A stretch of DNA of 64,000 nt from Eimeria praecox. Its lineage: Eukaryota. Both the position numbers and the translations under genes were made by a program. Of this stretch, positions 1-13,600 are shown piece after piece. The notes under the pieces are model-generated. The model had not been told where the DNA came from. It searched no databases and saw nothing but the letters and a program-made list of their open reading frames with translations. The first letter of the stretch is position 1. Every line of letters starts with the position of its first letter. The stretch is taken from the NCBI GenBank assembly GCA_963920595.1, contig OY986949.1, positions 4,340,001 through 4,404,000 on the forward strand, in the 5' to 3' direction.

Positions 1-479
1 CTAGGTCGTCTGTTCCCAACACCAAACGGCTAAAACCAAAGGGAATCCCGGCGCTCCACTGGACAACTGTGCACTCTCGTTTTGGCAACAGGGACCGCAG
101 CGGAAGTAAATCATTGATAGGTTCGTCTCGTTGGTCTCCTCTTTCCCCGCATATTGCTCGGACCCCTTGTTCAGAAACCATGTCTACGGGACTATTTGAT
201 CCAACGTTGAAAAGCAATCAGCTACAGGCTGACGAAAGGTCGTGGAGTATTCAGCAGAGGCGAAGACTTCGTAAAGATGAGCAGCGCCAAAATCCAGTTA
301 AAGGAGAGAATATTCAAGCTGCGTGCCGTGTGCAGAAGAAGACAAGCACAACGCCTGTAGAAGAAAACTGTTGCTATTCCACGCCAACCGAAGTCATTTC
401 GCAGGGTGGGAACAGAAAAACTTCGCTCGCAAAGCTCCTGTTATCACGCCCTACTTTCCGTGAGACTCTTGGACTTGTT

Positions 480-2200
480 ACTCCGCAGTAACTCTGGATA
501 AGTGCAATAGTTGAGATTTTAGATATCAACACGCAAATGCCTACTCTGTGGCGAATACTCATGTGGGTTAGGAAGTTCCCAGAGATGCAGAAGGAACTTT
601 TTACACCAGTGGAATCCCGGCTCCCTTTGATGAGCGTCAGCACGAAGGTCTGGGTTAAACCTGGAACAACAAATCTTTTTTAGGTAATGAATCAAGACTG
701 TTGAACTTAGGACTAGAGTGCCTTATATTAAGATTTTAGAGCATTCAGGGACTGCGGTTTCCAGTAGCTGTGAGTGTCCCGCCCCCTCAAGTGCTTGTAG
801 TAACAAGCAAATCACAACGGCTTGAGCCGATAGAAACCCTGCTAAAGGGTAGTTTTCGCATGCACAGTGGCTGCAAACAGAAACGCGCTACCAAAATAAG
901 ATGCATGGGGGCTTCTCACTTGAAGGGTTATGCAATCTGGGATGCCAAATTCATAATATCGCTGCTATGCCGATTGTTCGAAGGCTGGCACGAATCAGTG
1001 GCCACAGTATTTAAGTCTACATTTGCACTGCGGTCTTGCGTTACATAATCGCGGACAGCCATAGAGTAGAAACATGCCCTAGCTTCGTTCTCTATTAGTA
1101 TTCACAGAGTTTTTCATAGCCAGATGCCAGATAGTCTGCTTGATGAGTATAAATCCTCCAACGACAATGCGCCTAAACCCAACGCTCAAGGTAGGTACCT
1201 ACACATCAGGAACATCTCAGACGATATGTTTAAAACCCTATCTGGTGGTAACATGAAAAACTGTCTGGCAGATAGGCCCGAGCAAGAGAAGTCAAAGCCT
1301 GGTTCCGTACTGATCGTAGCATGATGCGAATTGGGTTCATCTGCAATATGCTGCATCTGTGCTTCTTTGCCGAACCCCTCTTCTTTACAACTACGCTTTC
1401 TCCAGTCCTGAGGCAGTAGAGCTAAATGGGGTAGCGGAGTGGGCGCAGTAGTAAAGGTGTCATGCACCAAACAGCTCTTTTGTGAGGTGCCCGCTGCTAG
1501 TTTGCAGAAGCATTCAAGCGTTTGTGGTTCTTACGAGCTAGTTTGGGTCCCTGTCGGAGGCAGCGCCAGCCTTTGGTGGGTTTCTAGCTTGTTAGAAGGG
1601 CTCATTTTATTCCAGTAGGCATCGGCTGGACTGTTTCTCGCTCTATCCATTCGTTTGCCATCAGTTTCCATGTTTTGGTATCCCACGAACTACCGTTTTA
1701 AACGGATCCTATTCCTTGGAGAAATCGTCAAATAATTTGTTATTCCCAAAGCTGTTACTTGACCTCACTTCCATGAAGAACGATGATTAAATATGGGACG
1801 TTCTTACACACATTCAAGCATAAACGCCACAGCGTTAGCAAACTGTCTTTTGTTATGTGTTCTTTGTGTGTAACCTAGCGATCCACTGCAGTCTCCTCGG
1901 GGAAGCGATTTTCGAACAAGCTGGTTTATAGTAAACACAGGCTGAATGCAGCATTGCTTGCGTATTCAGGAGGCGTACTCCAGGAGTTGGAGTTTATCTA
2001 TGCTGCGCGGAGTGAAGGTCGACTACTATGACAAAGGTTTCGATCGTCCAGGCAGAGTTGTGTGGGTATCCGGCGTACATAAGCGAAAACTACGAATCCT
2101 TGTGGCATTGCTTTATTAGCTGTGTAGCAACGCATTTCGAAGATAACCGTTTAGCTCCTGATCGAATAAGCACGCTTTTGGTAATCTCATATCGCTCGAT
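480..2200 (+). mobile_element. Possible highly degraded gypsy pol remnant
   Basis: Faint collinear motif echoes only: KGSFRMHSG, EGWHE...KSTF, LLDEY (RT-like) and FGIPRTTV (integrase-like). Boundaries approximate. Confidence 0.3.
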
Positions 2201-2228
2201 GGTTATGCGAAATTGAGCAATCCGAGGC

Positions 2229-2478
<250 letters not shown>

Positions 2479-3474
2479 ACTTACATATGTCTCTTTCCAA
2501 TGCTTTTGGTTTGGGAAAGCAATACAGAACCCTTGTTTCGGAAGCCCACAAGACCCAACGCATGGGCACCGGCTACAGTTAAACCTTCATACGTATAGAA
2601 AGTAATCCAACGCATTAACCAGAAGATGAACAGAAGAGGGCCCTACCCTACGCGCCGCGACTCTCTTCGGCTCCTTCATCCTTCAAAGAGCGAGATAAAC
2701 TACGAGGGTCACGTGCGGTGGACAGTGGTCCAGCCGTTGTTCACTACGCCAAGTCATCTCGTTCGCAAGGTACTATTAAGTGCCATTTACAAGTTCCTTC
2801 CCTGTATTTCTTTTGCCTTCTTGTATTCCCGCGCCAGTGCGAGCAGTACTTGGAAGTCAACCTCTGTGAGCATACGCTAGTAGCTTCCGATAGCCAGCGC
2901 TAACGTGCGCGTCGACAATGGCCTTTCAGTGTAGAATAGGGACGCCGGGGAGCAAGGGGTCCACGAATGCACTTTTATTTTAGCAAAGGGGAAGCGACCA
3001 AGTCACTTTGATAACTTTTGCCGAAACTAGGGTCTCAAACATTACACAAGCCTGGGGAAGGTGCGTTCATTTGGGCTGCCTGCCTCCAGGTTGTTTGCTG
3101 TGGTTATATTATAATTGATATCAAGCTCCGTCATACATTTGCTCCAGAACGCGTTAGCGAAGTTCGCATTACCGTCGGTAACGGTACTCTTGGAGGGCTG
3201 GGGGGGCTTCCACGCATGACATGAATAATGAACAGTTGGTCCACTAGTTCTGCTGTAACTGAACTCGAACAGGGGATGAAGGGAAGGGTGCTTTGTGAGT
3301 CTATCTACAGCAATATGCACGCCATCGCAGGAACTGGTTGATGGCAAACCTACAATGAATTCCCTTGAGAAAAGCCTCCGGATCCGTTTGGTGACCGCAC
3401 AACTCTGCACTGTTCCAGGTTTGAGAATGCTTCGCCGCTTCGCCTATTGACATTCCGCGCAAGTGAGGACATGC

Positions 3475-4297
3475 TGTAGTGCACAGGCACTACAATGGAT
3501 CTCTGGTATGGCCCCTAGAGGCCTAATATCATGAACAGGAATTAACACTATAGACCATTTCAGGGATTAGGACATTTTTAGATAGAAAAGCAGCTTAATA
3601 GGATCAGAGTGCTCGCCAGCTGGCACCAGCTTGGGGCTGGGTGTGAGGCTGTTGCTGTGACTCAGGCTCTGGCACTCAGCGAGGGTCGGGGGATCTGTAG
3701 TGCACAGGCACTACAATGGTCCTTCGATGTGAGTCCTCGGGGCCTGGTAGCTCGAAAGGGCTTAAATAAGATAGAATATTTAAGGATTTAAGGCACTTTT
3801 AGTGAAAAGGAAAACCTAATACGATCAGAGTGCTCGCTAGCCTACACCGGCCATGGGGCTGGATGCGAGGCTGGTGCCGCGACACTGGCACCAACCCTCA
3901 GCGAGGGTTAGGGATCAGTTCTATTATTCTGGCTTTTCCTTGAGGAACCATAATAGGAACTCGATCATATATTTGGTTGTTATCGGTGTTTATTAATGGA
4001 ATCAGCGAGAATCATAGACTTAAGAGCGAGATCGTACCGTGTGCACCTATTCTGTCTAGCCTAGGGAGCTATCGTAGTAACAGTGAGGCCAACTGTTCAC
4101 TACAGGATCAGTTCTATTATTCTGGGTTTTCCCCGGTGGAGCAATCTTGGGAACTCGATCATATATTTGGTTGTTAGCTTGTTATTAGAGGTTTCAGCGA
4201 GAATCATAGGTTTAGGAGCGAGATATTAACGTGTGCACCTATTCTGTCTAACTTAGGGATCTCTCGTAGTAACAGTGTAGGCCAGCTGTTCACTACA
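3475..4297 (+). mobile_element. Solo-LTR-like element, outer copy (409 bp: 3475-3695 plus 4110-4297), interrupted by a second copy; strand is relative only
   Basis: Termini TGTAGTG...CACTACA (7-bp inverted repeat, TG..CA). Flanks catgc (3470-3474) and catac (4298-4302) form a 5-bp TSD with one mismatch. Removing it restores an integrase reading frame. Confidence 0.88.
3696..4104 (+). mobile_element. Solo-LTR-like element, inner nested copy (409 bp)
   Basis: TGTAGTG...CACTACA termini with a perfect 5-bp TSD ggatc (3691-3695 and 4105-4109); collinear with the outer copy. Confidence 0.92.
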
Positions 4298-5399
4298 CAT
4301 ACTGTTCAGCTGAGGGGCGCACCCTTGGCTACCAAAACGGCCTAACCACCCGCTCCAATGTTGTGTTGACACGTCCATGACCCGCTAAAGCATGATCCTG
4401 CACTTCGCGCAAACGTTTACGTGTAGAAGCCCGCACTTATATAGTATATGCTTTCTCTGGTACCACAAGAAATCGCTGTCCACGGTGGACTGTTTGACTC
4501 GTCTCCCATTGCTGAGCTTAGCTTAGCTTAGCTGCAAAACTATCTAAGGGATAGGGGAAACCCGACACAGAAAAGAACCGGAAATCGCAGATACGGACAA
4601 TTGTAAAGCACAGTGTCTGATAAGTAGCGCGTCGCGAGAGTGCGTCTTCGACCACGTTAGTGGTGCCGTTGATATCCTTGATTGCGAAAGTCATATACTG
4701 AGCGAGCCAGCGAGGCCATCTAAAAACTCTGTTATTGTCGCAGTGTCGAAAGCTTCTTCAGGTGCCTCATAGACTGAGGATTGGCTTGAACAATGAAATA
4801 TCTCCCATATAATTATTGCCTCGCAGAAGGCTGCGTAGAGCCCCTTGTCACCCCCCGGATAGTTCCGCTTTTTCTTCCCTTGAAACGACGTGAGCAGCAG
4901 CGAACAGGGGTGGCAGCCGCCTCCGGTTATCATCTACCTTAGCCGGACCTGTTTTGCTTCTTGCTGCAGAGACAGGAATCCATTAGAAACTACTAGTCTG
5001 CATCAGCACAGAACACGTTAGTGCCTTAACCCAGTGCTTTCCACTTACTAGTTACAATACATGCCGCAGGCGCTGCAGGAGCCCCTGCACATTCCCGCCG
5101 ATGAAAAGCCTGTCGTATGGCATTCTCCCTGCATTGATTTGCCCCAAAACGTCGTGATTGGCATGTCAATGAAGTTGCCTAAGATTATGTCTTGGTTAAT
5201 GAGCCCAGCAATTAAAAAAAACAGTGTTTCGTCTTAGCATCTTGCCGTGTATACCCCATTTCTGAATAGAGCTCGCATTGTACTCCTATATTTCCCTGAT
5301 TCTAGCGTCGTGCTTCCAATCAGCAAGGCGTAATCGCAGGGACTGCGCCGGTCATATCTGGATGGTCAGCAGAGACGGAAACATTCCTCGTTAGCTGTT

Positions 5400-6300
5400 C
5401 TTAGTGTTAGTGCACTTTCCATCTGGTCGAGCTTGTTTCTGCGCAGCGAGGCTCCCAGTTGTAGATCCGCCCCCCATCTGACGGTATATACCAGTCATGA
5501 CAATTCCGCATTATGGTGGGAAGGCTGAAGTTTCCACAAAGGTTCTTTTTAAAAATGTTCAAGCATTTTCTTCGAGTTTTTCTTTTTACCAATTTCTGCA
5601 AGTCAGTAAGCCGCCCCGCTTTGGGTGGATGGGGTTCGTTGCTTTTATTTGCCCCAACGAACCATGAACTGTACGGTGTTATCAAGTAAAATGAGAGTTC
5701 TCGATCACAACCGAGGGCTCTAGGGCAAAAGTTGTCAAAAGGCATCTGACGGCCCACCCAACTTTCAGGATTCCTGGAAGCTGCTTCTCATGTGGCCAGA
5801 CTAGTGGGGACACAGGCATGCTTATCATGGGCTGCAGTGCGCCCTTCTGCAGCTAGTGATGCAATGCAGTCCCACGTGCGCGGACAACCAGTGCAACCTT
5901 GCTCCGTGCGCTAGCATTGTAGATTGTAATGCACGCTGTCTTTAAATGCGTACTTTGACCCTTCTTAGTGGGCCTGCGAGCAAATACAAATGCGGGAATC
6001 AGAGTTGGGCACAGCTTGTTACACCTACGACGACTTGCAGCACACCGTCTTGCATCTACTAATGCAAGGCAACCCCAGATGCAAGCATACCCGACCCCCC
6101 TTTAATATATAGACTAACGCAATACTAATGCAGTAAACACCTATTATAGGCTTACTTGACTCAAACGGCGTGGACCACCGTAAGACTGGCCACTCCAGAC
6201 GGTCTCCACTGGCATCATAAGCTTTCCATCGCAATGTTACCAAAGTCTATTTCCACTCTGTTTACAGCCACAGCGCGATCGGCAAGTGATACGTACGCTG
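5400..6300 (-). mobile_element. Possible degraded gypsy RT-connection/RNase H remnant
   Basis: LTDLQK...CLNIFKKNLCGNFSLP...YIPSDGG resembles the RT-RNase H linker; weak. Confidence 0.3.
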
Positions 6301-7650
6301 CACACATGCTTACTCTCGGGAGGGCTCACGTAAAGCGTTATCCCGATTTGACTATTCTATTCCTGCTGAGCACCCCGCAGGCAACAATCTGCAGCCCCTA
6401 ACGCGTGCCCAGGAGCTACATGACAGATCAGGATATGTCATTAGTTGGGGCATAGCGCTTTCCCTCAGTAGCTCTAGCAAAAGGCCATGATTGTTGTGTC
6501 CAGTAGCAACAACTGCCTGTCCCTCTGGATGCTTTTATTTTTTTCAGAGGACGGGAATGGTTTGGGGTGCGGGGGGGTGCCCGTGCCTAGAAGGCGGTTC
6601 ACTGACAGCCTCACCACCTGTTCTCACATACAACCCGGGCGAAATAGCCTCTCTGCCTATTTGGACCGAGTTTTCTAAGGAATATCACTTAAGCTTTTAA
6701 AAGATAGAAGGCGCATGCCAGCCTATTGAAAGAATCCATTCGCAACAGGATTTGCTGGCTCAGCTACCTGGCCCAGACGAGAAGCCACAGCAGCTGTCGT
6801 CTAGCCATATAGCCATGCTCAAGCCCACATCGTGGTGGAAACCGGTTCTATGGATTGTTAGCATTTCCATTTTGAAGCGGTTTCTGATATCTACGCTCAC
6901 TCCCTAATGTGGCTTCAAACTATGCCAGGCCTCACCAGAAACCCAGCCTGCGCTTCCAATATTTTGGACGCCCATAAAGCTCTTGGCTTGCTACCTACTG
7001 CATATGATAATTGCTCACACCCAGTGCCGCTTTGGCTCGAGCTAAGTGGAGAGGAAGCTGAAAACTCTTCAGTTAAATGGCCTACACCTTACGGCGGCTG
7101 CCGGGATACACTGCAGTCTTCTGGGAAGCTACTAAGATTCCACGCAGTGGGCGCGCATGACCGCGTACCAGCCCAAGCTTTCTTTAATTCGATGAGTCTC
7201 TCCCCGGTGAGCTTACAGCTCAACTGAAGTCACCAGCGCTGCTTTACCTGCTGTATCTGTACAAGTTTTTGTTTGTACATCTCAGTAATGGTGCTGCTGA
7301 TTTTGAAATATATTCGCCTGCATAAGAAGGCGTACACGGATCTTCGGAGAGCACTAGGTACACTTCGTAAGGGAGTACGGTCTGGTGGCTATGCCTGCAA
7401 ACGTCTCCAAGAGAGCCGGACTATGAAAGAAAGCCGCTAATGCGGTTTCCTATCATGCCGGAGAGCTACTTTGTCGCTTGGCTAATGTGCAGCATATTAG
7501 CTCTGATTCTCCACTGCGGGAGCGAATATAGTTGGAATTTATGTCATCACTCCCCTTTTGGTTGCTTGTGGCTGACCGCCGAAGGAATGATGCGTCAACT
7601 ACCATGACGCCATAGCCATCCTTTCTGTTCTGGAGTTGCGATTCACGGAT

Positions 7651-10600
7651 TTATGCAGCGTTAAAGTGAGCGTTTGGCTGCGTTTCAGCTTCAGGGATTT
7701 CAGTAAGGCAGTCAAGAAGGCTTGGCGCCTCAATCCCTTCAACCTTCTCAGCAGCAGGACTGCACTTAAGCGGTTCCGGCACTGAGTCCAGAATTACCGT
7801 CGGGCGCATATTGCCAAACCTACTGCGGCGCCATTCTTCGAAAGGCATAACCGACTCTGTTGGCTGATGTTGAAGGAACCCCGTCTCCTCAAAAGAGCAC
7901 TGAGTTACCTGCGTCGGACAGTTTGGTGATGCCAGCTCCAGATTTAGTGGTACGCTGTATAGCTGCTCAACAATTGTGCCGTCGGGATATCTGCACACCA
8001 CAGCATTTGCTAAAATCAGAAGATATGTAATATGCGAAAGGTAATCTATGCCTGAGTGCGGCCTGTGAAGCTCCAAATCAGCACGATAAAGGGATACACT
8101 CTCCACGTCCTCAAATATGCTGGTAGACAACTAAAAGGTCATATGATTTTATACAATTCCGCTCTGTGCGCGCGCGAGGCGCGACCTGTTCAAATCTTAA
8201 TTGGTGTGGCTGCCAGTAGATTCCTGCTCCGCGAGCTCCGTACTAAGGGCGCTGACCTTAGAAAGTGCCTGTAGAGGGTCTGCTGCTTGGTCGTCGGGTG
8301 CACCGTAAAAATAGCTATATAAGTCGTGACAGCATCTTTGTTTTTCTTCCCAACAGTTTCCGCTGTCGTGGAACCACAGTCTAGGACTGCACAAAAAAGG
8401 GAGTTGTTACTTTGAGGTGACAAGCCATGGAACCAGAGGCGATGCACAACTTATTGTCTATTGCACAGATTATGTTGTCCGACGCAGAAGGCATATGACC
8501 AGCAGTCAGGAATGTAGTAAAGAAGTAAGGGAGATTAGGCTGTAATGAGTCTGCAGCAACCCAGCGGTGTTTTTGCTGCAAAGTTCATGCTCAGAGCAAG
8601 CAAGGTGGGTAGCTGCAACTTGGGAGCAACAAAACGGCACAGCGATTTACAGGATGCTCTAGCTTTAGGTGTTGTAAATTTCTTGACACCGCTCACCTCG
8701 GAGCTGGGTAACTTGAACGCGACGGGTTTCCCCGTCAAGCCCCACAAACTGTTTCGCTGTGTAGCAGCACGCCTTCATATACCTTTCAGACACTTCCGTG
8801 TCGTTTGGGAAGCGGAATGTTGCTGAGTCAGAGGTTAATCTCCGATGGCAATCCAGCACGCGCCCGTTGTGGTGTATTGCCACGGCGTAATAGTAAAAGA
8901 CCTGCAGGATAGGTTCGAAGCGCAGCAAAAACCAATCATGGGGAGAAGGATAGCATACGCTATGCTGTAGGTGTACCTTATGAGGATCCGCGTAGCTCAG
9001 CTAGAGTGGGATAATCTCCTCCACAGCACACAGAAAGTAGAGCAGAGCTATCGTGTTGTGGCTTATTGCCGTACGACTGAGCTCATTGCCATGCACGCGA
9101 TATCCATGAGAACAGTCAAAGCGACCCCTGTGGCGCCTGACGCAAACTCTCTTTCCAGGTAGTTATGGAGCGCAAATGTCATTCCAGAAGATTCCCTCCC
9201 CAAAGCTTCTATGATAGCCAAGATAATTGGTAATAGCAAGACCCAAACTCCAAGGGGAGCCATGAAACGGTATGCTGAGCAAATACATCTAATATATATC
9301 CCCGGTGTATGCCTTGTACCTGCCCACTATGGAAAAAACACGCCAAAATTCCCAAGCTAACCTAAACGCCTACTGTGCAGATCCAGGAGAATGGGGAATG
9401 GCTTTATCGGCGAAGGCAGTACCTGCATTAGGCAGTCGTCCGACGAAGCAGTGAGCCAAGTGAGCCATACAGCACAACAATGCGAACACTAAAAGGGCAG
9501 CGACGAAGCCACTGGCGGAATACAAAGCTGCTGGCCCGAATGACAGCAATTCCTGCAAATAGCAGCGAAAAGACAGAAGAGTGGACAAAATCGAAGCCAG
9601 CGTGAAGGGCTGCACAGCTGAGGGAAAAATGCGCTATGATCAGCACCACACTCGTCCCTCAGCCACCAGAAGAGCTCTGCTCAGTGAGGGAAGCAATGTG
9701 GTTCTTCCACGACGTAGTCATCTACTTTACTAAATTCACGCCTCAAGTGGCCATTTAGTGGGTGCCAATAATAAGTTCACCAAAGCTCTTTTGGACCTTC
9801 CAGCACCGACGTACCTCGACGTAGCCAAACCGGATATACATGCCACTAATTTCAGCGCTATAGACCGGGATATTACATGCTTTCAGAGTAACCCATGAAC
9901 CAAACATCGCCACGAAGACGGAGAACCACAAAGCTCCGAGGGCGAACAATAGGGCAGCTCCCGCAAGGCCTGAGGCCACAGCACGAATTAGCGAGCTGGT
10001 TTGCCTAGCATAGCCACCAACAGGGCCTTTCTTTCTGGAAACAGCCTTGCTCACTGATTTCTTTCATATCAGACGAAAGGGAGTATTCTTCGAAGAGCTC
10101 GCTCCAAATGTGCCGCAGTTTTCTTCCAGTTACGCCTCTGTGGAGCAGCGTTTGCTCGGATATCACTGAAAAGCCAGCAAACAAAAAGGGTTCATATTCA
10201 AATGTACCTCGTGCTGTCCGCTGCGCCTCTACTTCGCATGTTATTTGAGGAAGCAATGTGTTGAAATGGCCCCACATGAATACTGGTATGAAGCTAGGTC
10301 TTGTTCCGCCACTCTTGAAAAGGGGTGCATTCCGTAGCTTAGTGCGCGGTGGCGCGCTTGCCGTTCCTCTTCATACGCATTTGGGTCTGGCACAAGGCAT
10401 CCATGCACACCGTTTGCCCTTTCCGTGAATGGGGAACTTTAATATATTCCAGTGCGAGCATCTAGCTTCCTCAATCACGGGAATGCAAATATCTTCCTGA
10501 TGCGCTAATAGCTCAAGAAATTGTTGTACTGTCGAGAGTCTCCCTGTTCATGAGCATGCTCCGTAAGATCCGCTGCGCAGACGAACTAGCTGCAATATTA

Positions 10601-13600
10601 GCACAACGCAGCATAGAAGCATATTACACCAGTTTTGCAGGTGATTCCAGCAAAACATGCGCTGACTAGCTGATCTAGCACCTGCATCTAAAGGACAAAA
10701 GAGACACTATATTACCCGTGCTACTACGGCTACTTCGTATGCTGTGGCTGTTCCGAGTGGAGGATGAAAAGCGCATTTCCGCGGGAAGAGGCAGTTCATC
10801 TGGGATATTGAGCATTCGCCCAGTATAGTGTAGAGGGACTTCAAATTCCTGAAGACCGTCTAGCTCTTTCGGCACTCGAACAATGCGGAAGTAGAGGTTG
10901 CAAAGCCACTTGTCTAGTCGCATGCGTAGCATGTCTTCCATCTCAAGATATCGTTGAACAGAAGTGTCAACCTCTCCTAAAAACAAAGGAACCTGCGGTT
11001 ACGCAACAAAAGCAGTCAGCTGCTTGGACTCAAGATGCCACAGTCATCACAATCAAGTGAGCCATTCGTTCCCCACAATATATGAAAAACAGCAGTAAGA
11101 GGGCACTCCAGGCGAGTGGAGACCTCAAGAATTAGGCAACTCGACGTACTTTGAAAGAACCTTCGACAATGCGCCATTCTGGGCCGACCAGAGGAAACGC
11201 TCCCCAAGCCACAACCTAAAATCCCGGTTTTCTCCACAGCACAGCAGCTTCGTTGCAGTTTAAGCCTAACCAGCATGCCGCCGAGAGTTATTGCTCACCC
11301 AGAAATGTTGGCATCCGCAAACTTTCGTGAGTACACTAAGAAAAATTGATGCTCACACTCAGGTGGTTGCCCAATAGAAGATTTTGAATGGATCGGAATG
11401 CGCAAGCCATTCATCGACAATCAACACCATGCAACTCATCGTGGCCTACTCACCTTGTCTACAGGCGAGACTGCACCTCGAAGCAGGTACAACTGGAACA
11501 CCAAGCACATGGATGGTTTAATGTCAGCCTCAGAGGGGCAGTTCAAGTACAGCGTTTCGTCAAACCTGCGTGCAAAACCCCGCCAACGACAGCGCCCCTG
11601 TTGATTCCTCCCAGAGTGCTCGAACGTATCTTGCCCTTGAAAATACTGGAAATTTCCCGCGATGTGCTGTCTAACGCCCTAAGCAACCCCTTCAAAATTT
11701 TCTAGCAATAAATTCTCTTCATTATCGCCCGTTATTCCCCCTTCTAGCCATCAAGTGGTGGCAGTCGATTGTCATATTTTCCAGAGGTAGTGTGATTAAG
11801 CGTTGCGAGGATGCAATGCGAGTTGGCTTGAGCGCAACTTATCTACGACATCGGCAGCCTTTACGCGGCAGGTCTGCTCAGGAGCTCTACGTTTGTCTGT
11901 CGCTTTTTGCGTATATGGCTTATAGCAAAGGCGGCATGCACTTTTGCCACGTTTCCGGATTTGAGGTGCTCTCTTCCAAGCATTTGCTGCGTCAAATTTT
12001 TTGCCGATGCATTCACTGAACCACCGCACTAACCTCAGGCATTCGCTGAAGTACATCGCTGCAAATGCAACCGGTGCTGAAACAGCGCAGGACCCAGTGG
12101 CTAGGGCGCATGGAGCACTTCCACGGGCAGAGCGCTCTCCTGTATTTTGTTTGGACTCCTCAGCAGATGCAAGCTCTTTATTAAGACACTTCCACACTAG
12201 CCGGTGACCGCCTGGAAGCAAAAAAGCCCGCATACAAAATCTCCGCAGTCACGGTTTATCCGTTCAAGCAGGAATTATAACTTCAGGCTTTTCGTCTGTG
12301 CTGAAAGCCTTCTCGGCTACTTTTCAGCCCCCATAGTATACAAATTGCAGTATTCCCTTGTGCATGCAAATTTTCGGATATTGCACTCTTCCTACCCAGT
12401 CGGTTCCAGACCGAGACCATCATTACGTATTGCCCTCTGGGGACGCCGTCCTTCACGGCCCGACACAAGTCAAGCCGAAGCCGCAATGTTTGTGGCATCA
12501 GCTTCCAGTTGGGTCCCTCAGAGCCTCCTTCGCAAACAGATAAGAAAGTTAATAAATTGTCAAGTGCTGAGTGATCGCTTCAGCTTCCTGTTGAAGCTGG
12601 CAGCCACGTTCGAAAGAGTCCATACGTTTGTCCTACGTTCTAGGCCCAGGGCAGCGCTGGCTGCTCGCGGGATCTTCGCCTTAAGGGAGTAATTCGTTGT
12701 GTTGAAGTCTCGTCTTAGAAAGCCATAGGACTGCAGCAGCTCCAACCGCCGGTGTTGTAATATTGCCTCCATGCGCAACTGAAACGACTGCAATGTTTGC
12801 AGCATCTCTGCCTACAGTACAGCAATCAACAACATCGTTTGCAACTACAGAGGAAGCTCCATGAAAAAACTCAATTCCCTCATTCCTTCACGCAACTAGG
12901 AGCAGCATACGAGGCATTGTCACAAGGCCGGGTTTACCTTTCTTTCCTCATGCTCACGTGCAGCCACCTTTCTCGCTTCCTTAAATTCAGCCTGTTTCCC
13001 CTTAACCTGTTGTATAATCCTGTCGCGTATCATTTGAGCCTCCTGACGAAGTCTGTCAGCCTGTGATTGCAAGCGCTCTTTCTGCTGCTCCTGCGCCTTC
13101 CCTGTTTCTGCAGCCCAGCGACTCCTTTCTTCATCAGCGTCTTCCGCAAAGCCAACCACAACCTCTTCGCTTGTCAGCGCTTCCTGAACAGCACGAGAGG
13201 TAGATGAAGTAGTGCTCCCACTGCTGAGCTGAATTACAGCTGAGGGATGCAGTGCAATGCTAATTTGAGGGAGATCCAGAGGCGTGCGAAGCGTCTGCAA
13301 ACTGTTTTTGTCAGCAATGAACGGTTCCTACGAACCTGAAGATCCTGAAAAGCCTTTTGCGTCGTGATATTCTGCCGTACAATTGCAACAGTCCTGAGTG
13401 ACTCGACACGCTGTAGCCTCTCAGCTCGGTCCTCTGAAAAAAACATGGTATCGCACGCAACTTTGAAAAGGCAAGATTGCGATGAAGGGAAGTAGTTCGT
13501 CAAAGCACATGCATAAGCGCTTTGTCAAGATGCCGTAGTAGGTCATTGGATCCTACATATTCCGTATTATGTGCATTATTGTACTTTCCAAGGCTTCCGC

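Larger units (their letters stand above)
2560..4950 (-). mobile_element. Degenerate Ty3/gypsy pol remnant (RNase H, integrase zinc finger, integrase core), split by the nested solo LTRs
   Basis: RNase H-like HPCSLL...KRNYPGGDKGLYA (4691-4933). HHCC-like DHALAGHGRVNTTLERVVRPFW*PRVRPSAEQY/VLTCAECQ runs across the LTR insertion. Core EFIVGLPSTSSCDGVHIAVDRLTK and VTDGNANFANAFW...ITTANN (3042-3410). Stops and frameshifts are present. Confidence 0.82.

Noticed and set aside
3475..4297. CACTA (En/Spm) DNA transposon, suggested by CACTACA motifs
   Set aside because: CACTA elements begin with CACTA and make 3-bp TSDs; these begin TGTAGTG, end CACTACA and have 5-bp TSDs.
12361..12368. TGCATGCA apicomplexan AP2-type motif (also 23010 and 59815)
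   Set aside because: Too few occurrences and no clear promoter positioning to call a regulatory site.
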